DNA of 64,000 bases, taken from the NCBI GenBank assembly GCA_965223905.1, contig CBDCXV010000011.1:1920001-1984000 (forward strand), given 5' to 3'. The position numbers and the translations under genes are program-made. This document shows positions 45,956 to 55,563 of this stretch, in pieces (position 1 is the first letter of the stretch; every line of letters begins with the position of its first letter). The stretch comes from Candidatus Latescibacterota bacterium (GTDB taxonomy: Bacteria; Latescibacterota; UBA2968; UBA8231). The notes beneath the pieces were generated by a model. The model had not been told where the DNA came from. It worked only from the letters and a program-made list of their open reading frames with translations, and did no database searches.

Positions 45956-47311
45956 GGCTCATCCGGTTTGAGAGTGGGCCCCCCCAAGATGTAGTGGTAT
46001 CATAGGGCTGCCGTCCCTGTCCCACCCTCATCGGGGAGTGCCGTCGTGGAAGACCTCAAGCAGTTCTATGCCCGTCTGTTGCGAATCGAGCGGCCCTGGA
46101 TCGTCATCGAGGTGCGGTTTCCGGACCAGGAGCGAGTCGACGTCTACGTGGATCATGAGCGCGGGATCAAGCTGCGCTGCCCTCGGTGCGACGCCTGGTG
46201 TCCCGTCTACGACCACTGCCCCGAGCGGGAATGGCGGCACCTGGACACGTGCGACGTGCCCACCTACGTCCATACCCGCCTGCCCCGGGTGCAGTGCAAG
46301 GTCCACGGCGTGCTGTCCATCGCCTCGGAGTGGGCCGAGCCCGGCTCGAATCTGACCCGGGCCCTGGAGGCCCACGTCATCGACTTGGCCAAGGAGGCCA
46401 GCCTGCAGGCGGTGAGCCGTCTCACCGGGCTCAGCTGGGACCGCTGTTGGGGGGTCCTGGGCCGCGCCGTCCGCCGGGGCCAGCGCCGCAAGGCGTGGAA
46501 GGTGCCGGCCCATCTCGGCGTCGACGAGAAGGCCTTCGCCAAACGTCATCAGTACATGACCCTGGTCTGTGACCTGGAGACCAAGAGCGTGGAATACGTG
46601 GCCGAGGGCCGCCGCTGGGAGAGCCTGGAGGAGTATTTCCTCCCCTTCGACGAGGAGGAGCTGGAGCGGATCGAGGCCATCTGTGTGGACATGCACGACC
46701 CCTACATCGCGGCCGTGCGAGCCTGGGTGCCCGACGCCCAGGACAAGATCGTGTTCGACAAGTTCCATGTCCTGCGTCTGATGAACGAGGCCGTCGACCG
46801 GGTGCGCCGCCAGGAGCACAAGAAGCTGCGGGCCCAGCACGACGAGGTGCTCAAGGGGACCAAGTATCTCTGGCTCTACCACCCCGACCACATCCCCGAG
46901 GCCCTGCTGCCCCGATTCGAGGAGCTGCGTCGCATGGACCTGCAGGTCAGCCGCGCCTGGGCCCTCAAGGAGAACTTGCGGCAACTGTGGACCTACCGCC
47001 GCGAGGGCTGGGCTCGTCGCTTCTTCCGACGCTGGTATTTCTGGGCCACCCATAGCCGGCTGCCGCCCGTGATCGCGGTGGCCCGCACCCTGAAGCGGCG
47101 GCTCGACAACATCCTGACCTACCTGCGACACCGGATCACCAACGCCCTCAACGAGTCCCTGAACGCCCAAGTGGAGAAGGTCAAGCGCATGGCCCGCGGC
47201 TATCGCAACCGCGCCCACTTCCAAACCGCCATCTACTTCCATTGCGGCGGACTCGACCTCTATCCACGCCCACAACATGTAGGGGCTACCCACAGTAATT
47301 CCCGATGAGCC
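45956..47311 (+). mobile_element. ISL3-family insertion sequence, 1356 bp
   Basis: Imperfect TIRs GGCTCATC..G......GTGGG at both ends; 8-bp TSD TTTTTTCG (45948-45955, 47312-47319). Confidence 0.93.
46046..47308 (+). CDS. ISL3-family transposase (intact)
   Basis: CPRC, WRHLD, LGVDE, CVDM..PY, FDKFHV, TNA..ESLN and GYRN motifs. Confidence 0.95.
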   Translation: MEDLKQFYARLLRIERPWIVIEVRFPDQERVDVYVDHERGIKLRCPRCDAWCPVYDHCPEREWRHLDTCDVPTYVHTRLPRVQCKVHGVLSIASEWAEPGSNLTRALEAHVIDLAKEASLQAVSRLTGLSWDRCWGVLGRAVRRGQRRKAWKVPAHLGVDEKAFAKRHQYMTLVCDLETKSVEYVAEGRRWESLEEYFLPFDEEELERIEAICVDMHDPYIAAVRAWVPDAQDKIVFDKFHVLRLMNEAVDRVRRQEHKKLRAQHDEVLKGTKYLWLYHPDHIPEALLPRFEELRRMDLQVSRAWALKENLRQLWTYRREGWARRFFRRWYFWATHSRLPPVIAVARTLKRRLDNILTYLRHRITNALNESLNAQVEKVKRMARGYRNRAHFQTAIYFHCGGLDLYPRPQHVGATHSNSR

Positions 47312-47975
47312 TTTTTTCGCCACGGCTCGGGAGCGGGCCGGGAGGGGATGGCAAAGAACCTGGAGCTGGTACGGGTTCTGCGGGAAAGCGTGGGCGAGGA
47401 CGTGGACATCATGTTCGACGCCTGGAACAGCTGGGATGTGCCCTACGCCATTGCCATGGGAGAGCGCATGGCCGAATACCGCCCGCGATGGCTGGAAGAG
47501 CCGGTCCCGCCCGACCGCATCGACAGCTACACCGCCATCCGCAGGGGGATCGGTTTTCCCGTCGCCGGCGGTGAGCACGAGTACACTCGCTGGGGTCACA
47601 GGGATTTGATCGAGGCGGGGGCAGTCGATGTGCTGCAGCCCGACATCTACTGGGCGGGTGGTCTCACAGAGGTTGCGAAAATCTGCACGCTGGCGTCTGT
47701 CAGCGAGCCGCAGGTGATTCCGCACGTCCATTCGGTGTCGGCGACCGTCCACCTGCTGGCTGCGCAGCCCCCGGATGTGTGTCCTCTGCTGGAGTATCTG
47801 CTCACCTGGAATCGGGTCAACCAGTTCTTTCTCAAGGACCCGATCAAACCCCGCAACGGTGAGGTTGCCTTGCCCGAAGGTCCGGGCATGGGAATGGAGC
47901 TCGACGAGGACAAAATCGTTTCCCGGCGGGAGCTGGAGTGGTGAGGACAGCCTGGCCCGTTTGCTCGAGTGAGGG

Positions 47976-50060
47976 TTGGTGAGCGCGGCCAAGCGGGCAA
48001 AGGGGCAACGCCGCACGGCGTGGGGCGGCCGTCTGGTCGCCCTGGCCCTTGGCTTGGCGTTGGTGGCCGGCCTCGAGGGCTTGCTGCGGCTGCTCGGGGT
48101 GGCTCAGCCGCCGCCCTTGGTGCGCCCATTGGTCCGGCTGGAAGGGCAGACCCTGTACACGATTAATCCCGACTACCCCCAGCGCTTCTTTCAAGGCACG
48201 GCGGCCGGCCATTCTTTGGCCGGGGTGCGCATGTCCCCCCAGCCCTTTGTCGAACCCAAGGGAGAAGATGTTTTCCGAGTCGTCTTTGCCGGGGGGTCCA
48301 CGGTGCAGGGATTTCCCCACCCCAAGCGATTGGCCGCCGCTTCATACCTGCAGGCGATGCTCCAGGACATCTGGCCCCGGCGCCAGGTCGAGGTCTTCAA
48401 TCTGGGTATTACCGCGGTATCCAGTTTTGCAGTGGCCCGTTGCGTCGAAGCGGCAGCGGACCTGGCGCCGGACCTGGTGGTGGTCTACACCGGGCACAAC
48501 GAGTTCTACGGCGTCTACGGGGCTGCTTCGCTGCGCCAAGGGGGCCACAGCATCCGGCTCAAGCGCTGGCACTACCGCTTGATGCAGTGGCGCTTGACCC
48601 GATTGCTCCGCCAGCTGCTGGCCGGGGGCAGGGCAGAGGAGGCGCCCCCCTCGCTGTTGCGGGTGATGGCCGGGGCCGGGCAGGTGGCGCCGGAGGACCC
48701 CCGCCGCCAGAGCGCGGCGGCGAACCTGACGGCCAATCTGGAAGAGATAGCCGATTTTTGCCGGCAGCGGCAGATCCCTTTGATGCTGTGCACCCTGGCC
48801 AGCAACCTGAGCGGTTTTGCACCGGCGGCGGACGAGCCCCCCCTCGAACCCCGACAGCTCAAACAGTGGCGGGACACAATTGAACAGGCCGAAATCCTGG
48901 CGTCGACGGCCTCAGGGGCCGAGCGGGGTTTGGCCCTTCTCGACGAGGCCGCCCAAGAGGGGGCGGTAAGCGCCCGGCTGCAGTGTATCCGCGGGCGCTT
49001 ACTGCAACAGTTGGGGCGGGACACCGCTGCCCGGGAGGCCTTTACCCAAGCACTGGATTGGGATCGGGTGCCTTTCCGGGCGCCGACAGCGTTCAACCGG
49101 GTTATCCGGGAGGTGGCCGCAGCCAAGGGGTGTCTGTTAGCTGATGTGGAGGCCGCTTTTGAGCGGGCGAGCCCCGGCGGCAGCCCCGGTTGGAGCCTGA
49201 TAGCTGACCATCTGCATCCCTCGGCTGCGGGGCAAATCCTCCTGGCCCGCAGCCTGGTGCAGGCACTGGCCGACCCCGAAAGCCCCTGGCCTATTGCCGC
49301 CGAGGCCCTGCAGCGACTGCGCCCGGCCGAGGAGTACCGCTCGAGGATGGGGGATTCGCCCCTCGAGCAGTTGCGGGTGTGCCAGACCATGGCCCAGTTG
49401 TTGAGCGAAAAACCCCTCGACCGCGGCCACCGCCGTCGGGTGGCCGAGTTGGTCGAAGACGGCCAGGCCCTTTGGCGAAGCCTGCTGCCGGCCGAGCGGG
49501 CGGCCTACGAGCGCCAGCAGAGCCGTCAAGGGGGCGAGCCGCTGGCACTCAGCGGGGCAGATCAGCTCTTTGCCGCCGGCAATCTGGCCGCGGCGCGGCG
49601 CTACTATCGGGCGAGCCAATTGGAGCGCCCCTTTACGGTGCGGGGGGATTTGTGGGCGACCTTGCGCTGGGCCCGGTGCGCCCAACTCCGCGGCCCGTTG
49701 GCGCCGGCAGAGGTGGAGGCGGTCGAAGCCGCCGAGTGGCGGGCCCGTTTTCTCGCGGAAGCGCCGGGCGCCAATCAGGCGTTCTTCACCTTTTTCAAGG
49801 GGTATGCCCGCCATCTGGTCGGGGACGGGGACCAGGCCCTGGCGCATCTGGAAAAGGCCGCGGCCGACGCAGGGATGCGGCGCACCTTCTTTCATGATCT
49901 GCTGTGGCTTTTGTGCGAAGGCCTGGCGGATCGCGGACGGTTTGCGGCGGCCGAAACCTACGTGCGCCAGATAAGCGCCGAGGTGGGGCAAGAACAGCTT
50001 GGCCGGCAACTGCAGGGGTGGCTGGCCGAACGCAGGAACCGGGTGGGGACCGCAGAGTGA
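47976..50060 (+). CDS. Membrane-anchored SGNH/GDSL hydrolase with TPR-like helices
   Basis: N-terminal TM (LEGLLRLLG); block I GGST, block III GHNE and block V DHLHP. Confidence 0.8.
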   Translation: MVSAAKRAKGQRRTAWGGRLVALALGLALVAGLEGLLRLLGVAQPPPLVRPLVRLEGQTLYTINPDYPQRFFQGTAAGHSLAGVRMSPQPFVEPKGEDVFRVVFAGGSTVQGFPHPKRLAAASYLQAMLQDIWPRRQVEVFNLGITAVSSFAVARCVEAAADLAPDLVVVYTGHNEFYGVYGAASLRQGGHSIRLKRWHYRLMQWRLTRLLRQLLAGGRAEEAPPSLLRVMAGAGQVAPEDPRRQSAAANLTANLEEIADFCRQRQIPLMLCTLASNLSGFAPAADEPPLEPRQLKQWRDTIEQAEILASTASGAERGLALLDEAAQEGAVSARLQCIRGRLLQQLGRDTAAREAFTQALDWDRVPFRAPTAFNRVIREVAAAKGCLLADVEAAFERASPGGSPGWSLIADHLHPSAAGQILLARSLVQALADPESPWPIAAEALQRLRPAEEYRSRMGDSPLEQLRVCQTMAQLLSEKPLDRGHRRRVAELVEDGQALWRSLLPAERAAYERQQSRQGGEPLALSGADQLFAAGNLAAARRYYRASQLERPFTVRGDLWATLRWARCAQLRGPLAPAEVEAVEAAEWRARFLAEAPGANQAFFTFFKGYARHLVGDGDQALAHLEKAAADAGMRRTFFHDLLWLLCEGLADRGRFAAAETYVRQISAEVGQEQLGRQLQGWLAERRNRVGTAE

Positions 50061-50331
50061 GCGGGCGCGGCCCGGCCCTTCGGTAAGCTGGACCTCGGTC
50101 AAGCCGCTGGGCCACCGGCGGGGGCCCCTGAGTCAACGGATTTACTGGCCGTCCCGGGCACCGCCTAGCGCCCCGGCCCGTCCCCATCCTCAGCACGAGT
50201 TCGAAACGCTGCTTGCAGCGTCCGCCGCCGTCTGAAGCACGGCGCGTGGGTTGACTGCACTCCTGTGCGTGTTACGGCGCGCCCCCGAATCGACGCCCAG
50301 GAAAAGGTGAAGTGAAAAACGGAGACCTTTT

Positions 50332-53028
50332 TTATATCATCCCGGTCCATTGCCCTTCGCCTTCGCGGATGAAGATCCTGCGATCGACGGGAATGTCCGT
50401 GAAGATCTCGGGATCGCTCCCGGGCCAGCGGATCTCGATCTTGTCGATCTTCGTCGCCTTGCCGAGGCCGAACTCCACCGGCGGCGAGTTCGAGCAGCCG
50501 AATCCTTCCCCGTTGTGCTTCTCGCGAAAGAGGGTCCGTCCCCCCACCGTGACGAAGATCTTGGTGTCGAGGCCGTCCCGGTTGCTCTTCGTGCCCTCGA
50601 TGTCGATGTGGATCCAGTGGTTCCCCGACTCCTGGAGATTCAGGTAGAAGGCGTTCGGGAACGGATCTCCGTGGACGAACCCGCCCTCGGGGGCGTAGAT
50701 CTCGAGATCGCCGTCGAGATCGATGTCGACGAAGGTGTCGCCGTGCCCCTTGCCCACGTTGGGGACTCCGGCCGCGAACGTGAGGTCGGTGAAGGTCCCG
50801 TCTCCGTTGTTACGGTAGAGGCGATCCGGCTCCATCCGCTCGATGGCCGGACTTCCCGTCCCGAAGTAGATGTCGAGATACCCGTCATTGTCCAGATCGG
50901 CCACCCCCGTTCCCATAGCGCCGTTCGGGTGGATGAACCCGGCCTCCACCGACACATTCGTGTACGTCCCGTCTCCGTTGTTCCGGTAGAGCCTCGTGCA
51001 GTGCCGGAGCATCTCCTTCTTCTTCTCGGCCGGTAGATCGTCGTAGCGGTCCGAAAGTCCCAGCAGCACGTGGTTCCACGGGGCGAGCGACGGGCGCAGG
51101 ATGTCGAGATCGAGATCGTTGTCGTAGTCGAAGAAGAAGCAGGTGTAGCCGGTTGTGAGAAGCTCGTCATCGAGGAGGCCGGCCTCGGCGGCCAGGTTCG
51201 TGAAGGTGCCGTTCCCGTTGTTCCGGTAGAGCCGGTTCGCCGTCTCATACCCGCTCACGAAGAGATCGGGCCACCCGTCGTCGTTGTAGTCGCCCCAGCA
51301 GTTCCCGATCGTCTTGATCCCGCGGGCCTCCTGGAGCCCCGCCTCCGCGGTCACGTCGGTGAACGTGCCGTCGAAATTGTTCCGGTACAGGGTGTTCGTG
51401 TCGCCACCCCCGGTGATTCCGTTGGCGATGTAGAGGTCGACGTCGCCGTCGTTGTCGTAATCCGACCACTGGCACACGAAGGTCGAGCCCGGGTTCCCCA
51501 GTCCGGCCGTGTCCGTCGTCTCGGTGAAGGTCCGATCCCCGTTGTTCACGAAAAACGAGTTCGTGATGGGGCCGTTCCACCCGTCGCGGCCGACGTGCAA
51601 ATCGATCCAGCCGTTGTTGTCGTAGTCCGACCAGGTCGCGCTGAAGCCGGACTGCACGTGAAACAGGTTTGCCTCCCGGGACACGTCGGTGAACGTCTCA
51701 CCGTCGTTCCGGTACAGGGCCCCGTAGCTGTCGCCGCCGGTGACGAACAGATCGTAGTCGCCGTCCCGATCGTAGTCGCCCCACGCGCTCGGCCCCAGGC
51801 CGTCGTACTTGTCGATGCCGTACTTCGCCGCCACGTCCTCGAACAGAAGGGGCGTCGGATCCCCCGGCAGCGCCAGGTCCTTGCGGAATTGAAACGTCGC
51901 CTTCCGCTTGTCCAGCGGGGTCCCGGATCCCTCGTGGGCCAGGTGAAGGAGCCAGAGATTCGTCAGTTCCTGCCGGAAGTTCTTGCTCGCTCCGGCGAGG
52001 GATTCCTCGAGGAGCTCGATGGCCTCGGCATACCGCTCCTGCTTGAGGCGCGCGAGTCCCTTGCGCCCGATCTGAAACTGCCGGAAGTCCCCCTCGACAC
52101 GCGCATCCCTCAGGAGCAGATCGGCCAGTGAGATCGACTCGTCGTAGTCCGCCATGAGCATCGCCACGCGGCTCAGCATGTAGATGATGTCCCGCGCCAT
52201 GGGCGATCCGGGGTGGATCTGGTCGTACACCCTCTCGAACTCGGTCTGGGCCATATCGAAGATGAGGGCCGACGCCATGGGCCGCAGCCCGGGACGATTG
52301 CTGTAGTTGACCCGGATCTCTCCGAGCACGAGCATCTTCGCGTAGTAAAGGCGCACCGCCGCGAGATCGGGGTACTGCGCCAGGATCTCCTCGATCACGG
52401 GGACCACCTTGCTCGGGGCGTAGTACCCTTTTCTATAGAGTCCCTGCACCGCTTCACGGAACCGGAGCAGGTCGTCCGCGTTCTTCGCCCCCTCCCTCAC
52501 CCCGACGAGCTGCAGATTCGGTCCGCTTCCCACCTGGTAGTGGCGCGCGAAAGAGGCGATCTCCATCTCGCCCATCTGGCCATACGCCTCGAAGATCGCG
52601 TCCCGGTGGGCGAGGGCGGCCGGCTCGTTCCGGCGGCGCGATTCGAGCTCGTACAGCAGGCGATGAGCCTTCACGCTGTCCGGCCGAAGAGCGAGCACCT
52701 TCTGCAAGAGCCCGATCGCCGCCTCGAGGTCGGCCGGCTTCGCCGACGTCGCGAAGATGAGCCGGGCCTGCTGAAAGAGGAGCTCCGGATCATCGGGTCG
52801 CAGCCGCGCGCACGCCTCGAACTCGGCGCGGGCCGATTCCGGAAGGTGTCGGCGGAGCTGCTCGATGCCGAGGCGCAAACGCCGCTTGAACTCCATGTCG
52901 GCGTTCGATTGCGGCTCCATTCCCGACTCCGCGTCGCCGTCTCCTCCCCCGCTGCAAGCGGGAACGAGGGCGACCGCCAGCACGAGCGCGATCCACGCGA
53001 CCGGATGGATGGTCCTAGCCATGCTCAT
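50332..53028 (-). CDS. TPR + FG-GAP/ASPIC-UnbV fusion lipoprotein (CRTAC1 family)
   Basis: VPAC lipobox; helical TPR-like N-half; many DYDNDG repeats; NRDG...EFGLG...RWP C-terminus. Confidence 0.88.
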   Translation of the reverse strand: MSMARTIHPVAWIALVLAVALVPACSGGGDGDAESGMEPQSNADMEFKRRLRLGIEQLRRHLPESARAEFEACARLRPDDPELLFQQARLIFATSAKPADLEAAIGLLQKVLALRPDSVKAHRLLYELESRRRNEPAALAHRDAIFEAYGQMGEMEIASFARHYQVGSGPNLQLVGVREGAKNADDLLRFREAVQGLYRKGYYAPSKVVPVIEEILAQYPDLAAVRLYYAKMLVLGEIRVNYSNRPGLRPMASALIFDMAQTEFERVYDQIHPGSPMARDIIYMLSRVAMLMADYDESISLADLLLRDARVEGDFRQFQIGRKGLARLKQERYAEAIELLEESLAGASKNFRQELTNLWLLHLAHEGSGTPLDKRKATFQFRKDLALPGDPTPLLFEDVAAKYGIDKYDGLGPSAWGDYDRDGDYDLFVTGGDSYGALYRNDGETFTDVSREANLFHVQSGFSATWSDYDNNGWIDLHVGRDGWNGPITNSFFVNNGDRTFTETTDTAGLGNPGSTFVCQWSDYDNDGDVDLYIANGITGGGDTNTLYRNNFDGTFTDVTAEAGLQEARGIKTIGNCWGDYNDDGWPDLFVSGYETANRLYRNNGNGTFTNLAAEAGLLDDELLTTGYTCFFFDYDNDLDLDILRPSLAPWNHVLLGLSDRYDDLPAEKKKEMLRHCTRLYRNNGDGTYTNVSVEAGFIHPNGAMGTGVADLDNDGYLDIYFGTGSPAIERMEPDRLYRNNGDGTFTDLTFAAGVPNVGKGHGDTFVDIDLDGDLEIYAPEGGFVHGDPFPNAFYLNLQESGNHWIHIDIEGTKSNRDGLDTKIFVTVGGRTLFREKHNGEGFGCSNSPPVEFGLGKATKIDKIEIRWPGSDPEIFTDIPVDRRIFIREGEGQWTGMI

Positions 53029-53689
53029 CCGACACGATTCTTCCATCGTCGAGCCGGACGATCCGTCTCTCCTCCGGGATCACCTCGACGTTGTGGGTGG
53101 CCACCACCACCGTCAATCCGTCGCGGTGGAGATCCCCGATCAGTTTCCAGAGGATCTCGGCGTTGCGCCGGTCCAGGTTCGCCGTGGGCTCGTCGGCGAA
53201 CAGCACGTCCGGCTGGTTCGCCAGCGCCCGCGCCAGAGCCACGCGCTGCATCTCCCCGCGGGATAGGGCGTCCGGCCGGTGGCGCGTGCGGTGGGCGATG
53301 TTCACTCGCTTGAGCAGGCACTTCGCCTCGTCCGCGTCCTGGTCGCGATTACCGAACAGCAGCGGCAGCTGGACGTTTCCCAGCACCGTGAGATGCCGCA
53401 CGAGCCGGAAGTCCTGGAACACGAATCCCATGCGCTCCCGGCGAATCCGGGCGAGCCGTCCCGACGCCGCCGACTCGAGGGCCTCGTCCTCGAACCTCAC
53501 GGCCCCGCGCGTCGGCCGGTCCATTCCTGCCAGAAGCGACAGCAACGTCGATTTCCCCGACCCGGACTCCCCCGTCACCACGACGAGTTCGCCCCGTTCG
53601 ATGGCCAGCGTCACGTCGGCGAGCGCCGTCACGCTGGTTCCCGGCTGGGGAAACTCCTTCCAGACCCCGCTCGCTCCCAAGAGCGCCAT
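53015..53689 (-). CDS. ABC transporter ATP-binding protein (LolD/MacB-like)
   Basis: Walker A GESGSGKS, signature LSRGEMQR, Walker B/D-loop FADEPTANLD, H-loop ATH. C-terminal part of ORF 53015-55084. Confidence 0.92.
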   Translation of the reverse strand: MALLGASGVWKEFPQPGTSVTALADVTLAIERGELVVVTGESGSGKSTLLSLLAGMDRPTRGAVRFEDEALESAASGRLARIRRERMGFVFQDFRLVRHLTVLGNVQLPLLFGNRDQDADEAKCLLKRVNIAHRTRHRPDALSRGEMQRVALARALANQPDVLFADEPTANLDRRNAEILWKLIGDLHRDGLTVVVATHNVEVIPEERRIVRLDDGRIVSDEHG

Positions 53690-54876
53690 CACGCGGCCCC
53701 CCGAATCGAAGTCAGGGGAGAAACGAGCGAGGACTTGAGCGCCGGATAGACTCCCGCGAGAAGACAGAGTACCACGACGGCGGCGCAGCTGCCGAGGAGA
53801 GTTTCCGGGGTCACGGCCACCACCGTTCCCGCCGGAACGAACGTGAGGGTGGAGCGAACGACCCACTCGGCGGTCCCTCGCAGCGCCAGGGTGAGCCCCC
53901 CCCCGACGATCACGCCCGCCAGGCCAAGCAGCAGGGACTCGGACAAGACGAGCTGGAAGAGGGTCCCGCCCGGGCATCCCAGCGCCCGCAGCACCCCCAT
54001 TTCCGGAATCCGCTCGTTCACCGTGATGAGGGCGACGTTGAACACCCCCATGAGGGCGACGAGGAGGCACAGGGCCCCGAACGCCAGCAGCAGAGCCCGC
54101 ACCCCGCTCAGGATGTTGAGGATCGTCCCCTGCACCTGGGACATCCGCACCACCTGTAGCGACGGAATGTCGTACAGGCGATCGATGAAGCCGCCGGCAT
54201 TGCTCATGTCGTGCAGGCGAATTCCGATCCCGGTGAGGCGGTCCCGTCGCTCGAACAGGTCCTGGTTCACCTCGAGGGGCAGGAAGATCGTTCCATCGTC
54301 CTGGGTTCCGAGCTTGTCGAGGATCCCCCGGACGGTGAAGGTCCGGCCCTGCACCCCGATGGTGTCCCCGATTCCGAGGCGACGGTACTCGGCCACGTTG
54401 AATCCGAGGATGGCCTCGTCGGCGAGCGCGCCGCTGAACCACTTCCCCCGCTGGAATTCGACGCCGGGCTTCAGCGCGAGAAAGTTCTCGTCGATTCCGA
54501 CATAGAGCTGGTAGGAGCTTCCGTCGCGATCGGGAACGGTCTGCATGAAAAACCGCGTCGCGTCCTTCACATCGGGCTGCTCCACGATATGGCGATACAC
54601 CTCCTCGCGGATGTACATCGGAATGGAGCCCCCGCGCAGGATCAGGGTCGCCGCCTCGTGAGGGCATCCCTTTCCCGTCACGAGAATCTGGTACCCCATG
54701 GAGTCGATGTTGTGATTGAGGGATTGCTCGTAGCCGGACTGGAAGCCGAGAATGCTGGCCACCAGCGCGGTGGCGAGCCCCACCGCGACGATGGTGAGGA
54801 GGGTCCGGGTCTTGTGAAAAGCCAGGCTCTGGAAGGCCCAGGAGGCAATCATTCGCAACCGTCGGGCGGAACCCAT
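53689..54876 (-). CDS. ABC transporter permease (MacB/FtsX family)
   Basis: One N-terminal TM, a periplasmic domain, ER..EMG.LRALG and three C-terminal TMs. Confidence 0.9.
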   Translation of the reverse strand: MGSARRLRMIASWAFQSLAFHKTRTLLTIVAVGLATALVASILGFQSGYEQSLNHNIDSMGYQILVTGKGCPHEAATLILRGGSIPMYIREEVYRHIVEQPDVKDATRFFMQTVPDRDGSSYQLYVGIDENFLALKPGVEFQRGKWFSGALADEAILGFNVAEYRRLGIGDTIGVQGRTFTVRGILDKLGTQDDGTIFLPLEVNQDLFERRDRLTGIGIRLHDMSNAGGFIDRLYDIPSLQVVRMSQVQGTILNILSGVRALLLAFGALCLLVALMGVFNVALITVNERIPEMGVLRALGCPGGTLFQLVLSESLLLGLAGVIVGGGLTLALRGTAEWVVRSTLTFVPAGTVVAVTPETLLGSCAAVVVLCLLAGVYPALKSSLVSPLTSIRGAA

Positions 54877-54885
54877 GGTCGTCCC

Positions 54886-55293
54886 TTACTTCACTACGAG
54901 TCCCACAGCGTGAATGGCGAGGTCCGGCTTCTCTCCCACGAGCTTGCCCACGAGGATGGCGCTCTTCCCCTCGATTCTCGTCGGTACGGTGAAGGTCGCT
55001 CCCCCCTTCAGATCCACAAAAATCTCCACCGGCTCCTCTCCCGTGAGATCGCGCAGAGTGAGCCAGCAGCCGGCCGACCGGCACACCGTGGCGATGATGC
55101 CGGAGACGGTGATGGACTCCTCGCGATTCGCGGGGAGATCCGCCATCAGATCCTTCAAGGGGGTGGCCGCGGCCTCATCCACCGGCTCGCCGTACGCCCC
55201 CGATCCTCCCTCACCGCAACCGGATACGAAGCCGGCGAGAACAGCCACGATGGCGGTGGTCCGGAGGATCCTCCAGCCGAGACGGGTCGGCAT
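54886..55293 (-). CDS. Small lipoprotein, DUF4920-like
   Basis: VSGC lipobox; YGE and G....VC...GCW motifs. Confidence 0.7.
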   Translation of the reverse strand: MPTRLGWRILRTTAIVAVLAGFVSGCGEGGSGAYGEPVDEAAATPLKDLMADLPANREESITVSGIIATVCRSAGCWLTLRDLTGEEPVEIFVDLKGGATFTVPTRIEGKSAILVGKLVGEKPDLAIHAVGLVVK

Positions 55294-55563
55294 GGTCGAC
55301 TCCCGTCGGGCGCCCGAGGTTCGTGCACCCGTATCCGGCGAAACGGAAAGTGGTTATAAACGGCATTATCAGTAGTCGGTCAAGATAAAGGGTTATGCGC
55401 AACTTCGCGGCGCTACGCAACGCATACACCCTGTATCCTTATCATTTCTTTCCGGACTTCAGTCCGGTGGTGTTTCGTTTTGTGCCGAAAGTCCTTGCTG
55501 ACGCATCGTCAAGCAGAGTGGTCGATTGTTGCGAGTCACTTCCTCGGAGATAGGCTGATTCTG

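Larger units (their letters stand above)
41071..47944 (+). pseudogene. Mandelate racemase/enolase-superfamily dehydratase (rhamnonate dehydratase-like), split into pieces
   Basis: N-term MKITDI...DYRIEA (41071-41237) continues after the transposon as IEAVFAEVDTDEGVTG (45812-). YTATKWFF|RHG..G.EGMAKN spans the ISL3. The C-term (47348-47944) has the D, WLEEP, GEHE and LQPD metal-ligand motifs. Confidence 0.88.

Noticed and set aside
53690-55084. Long N-terminal extension of the ABC ATPase ORF
   Set aside because: It overlaps the permease gene in another frame; the real start is near 53689.
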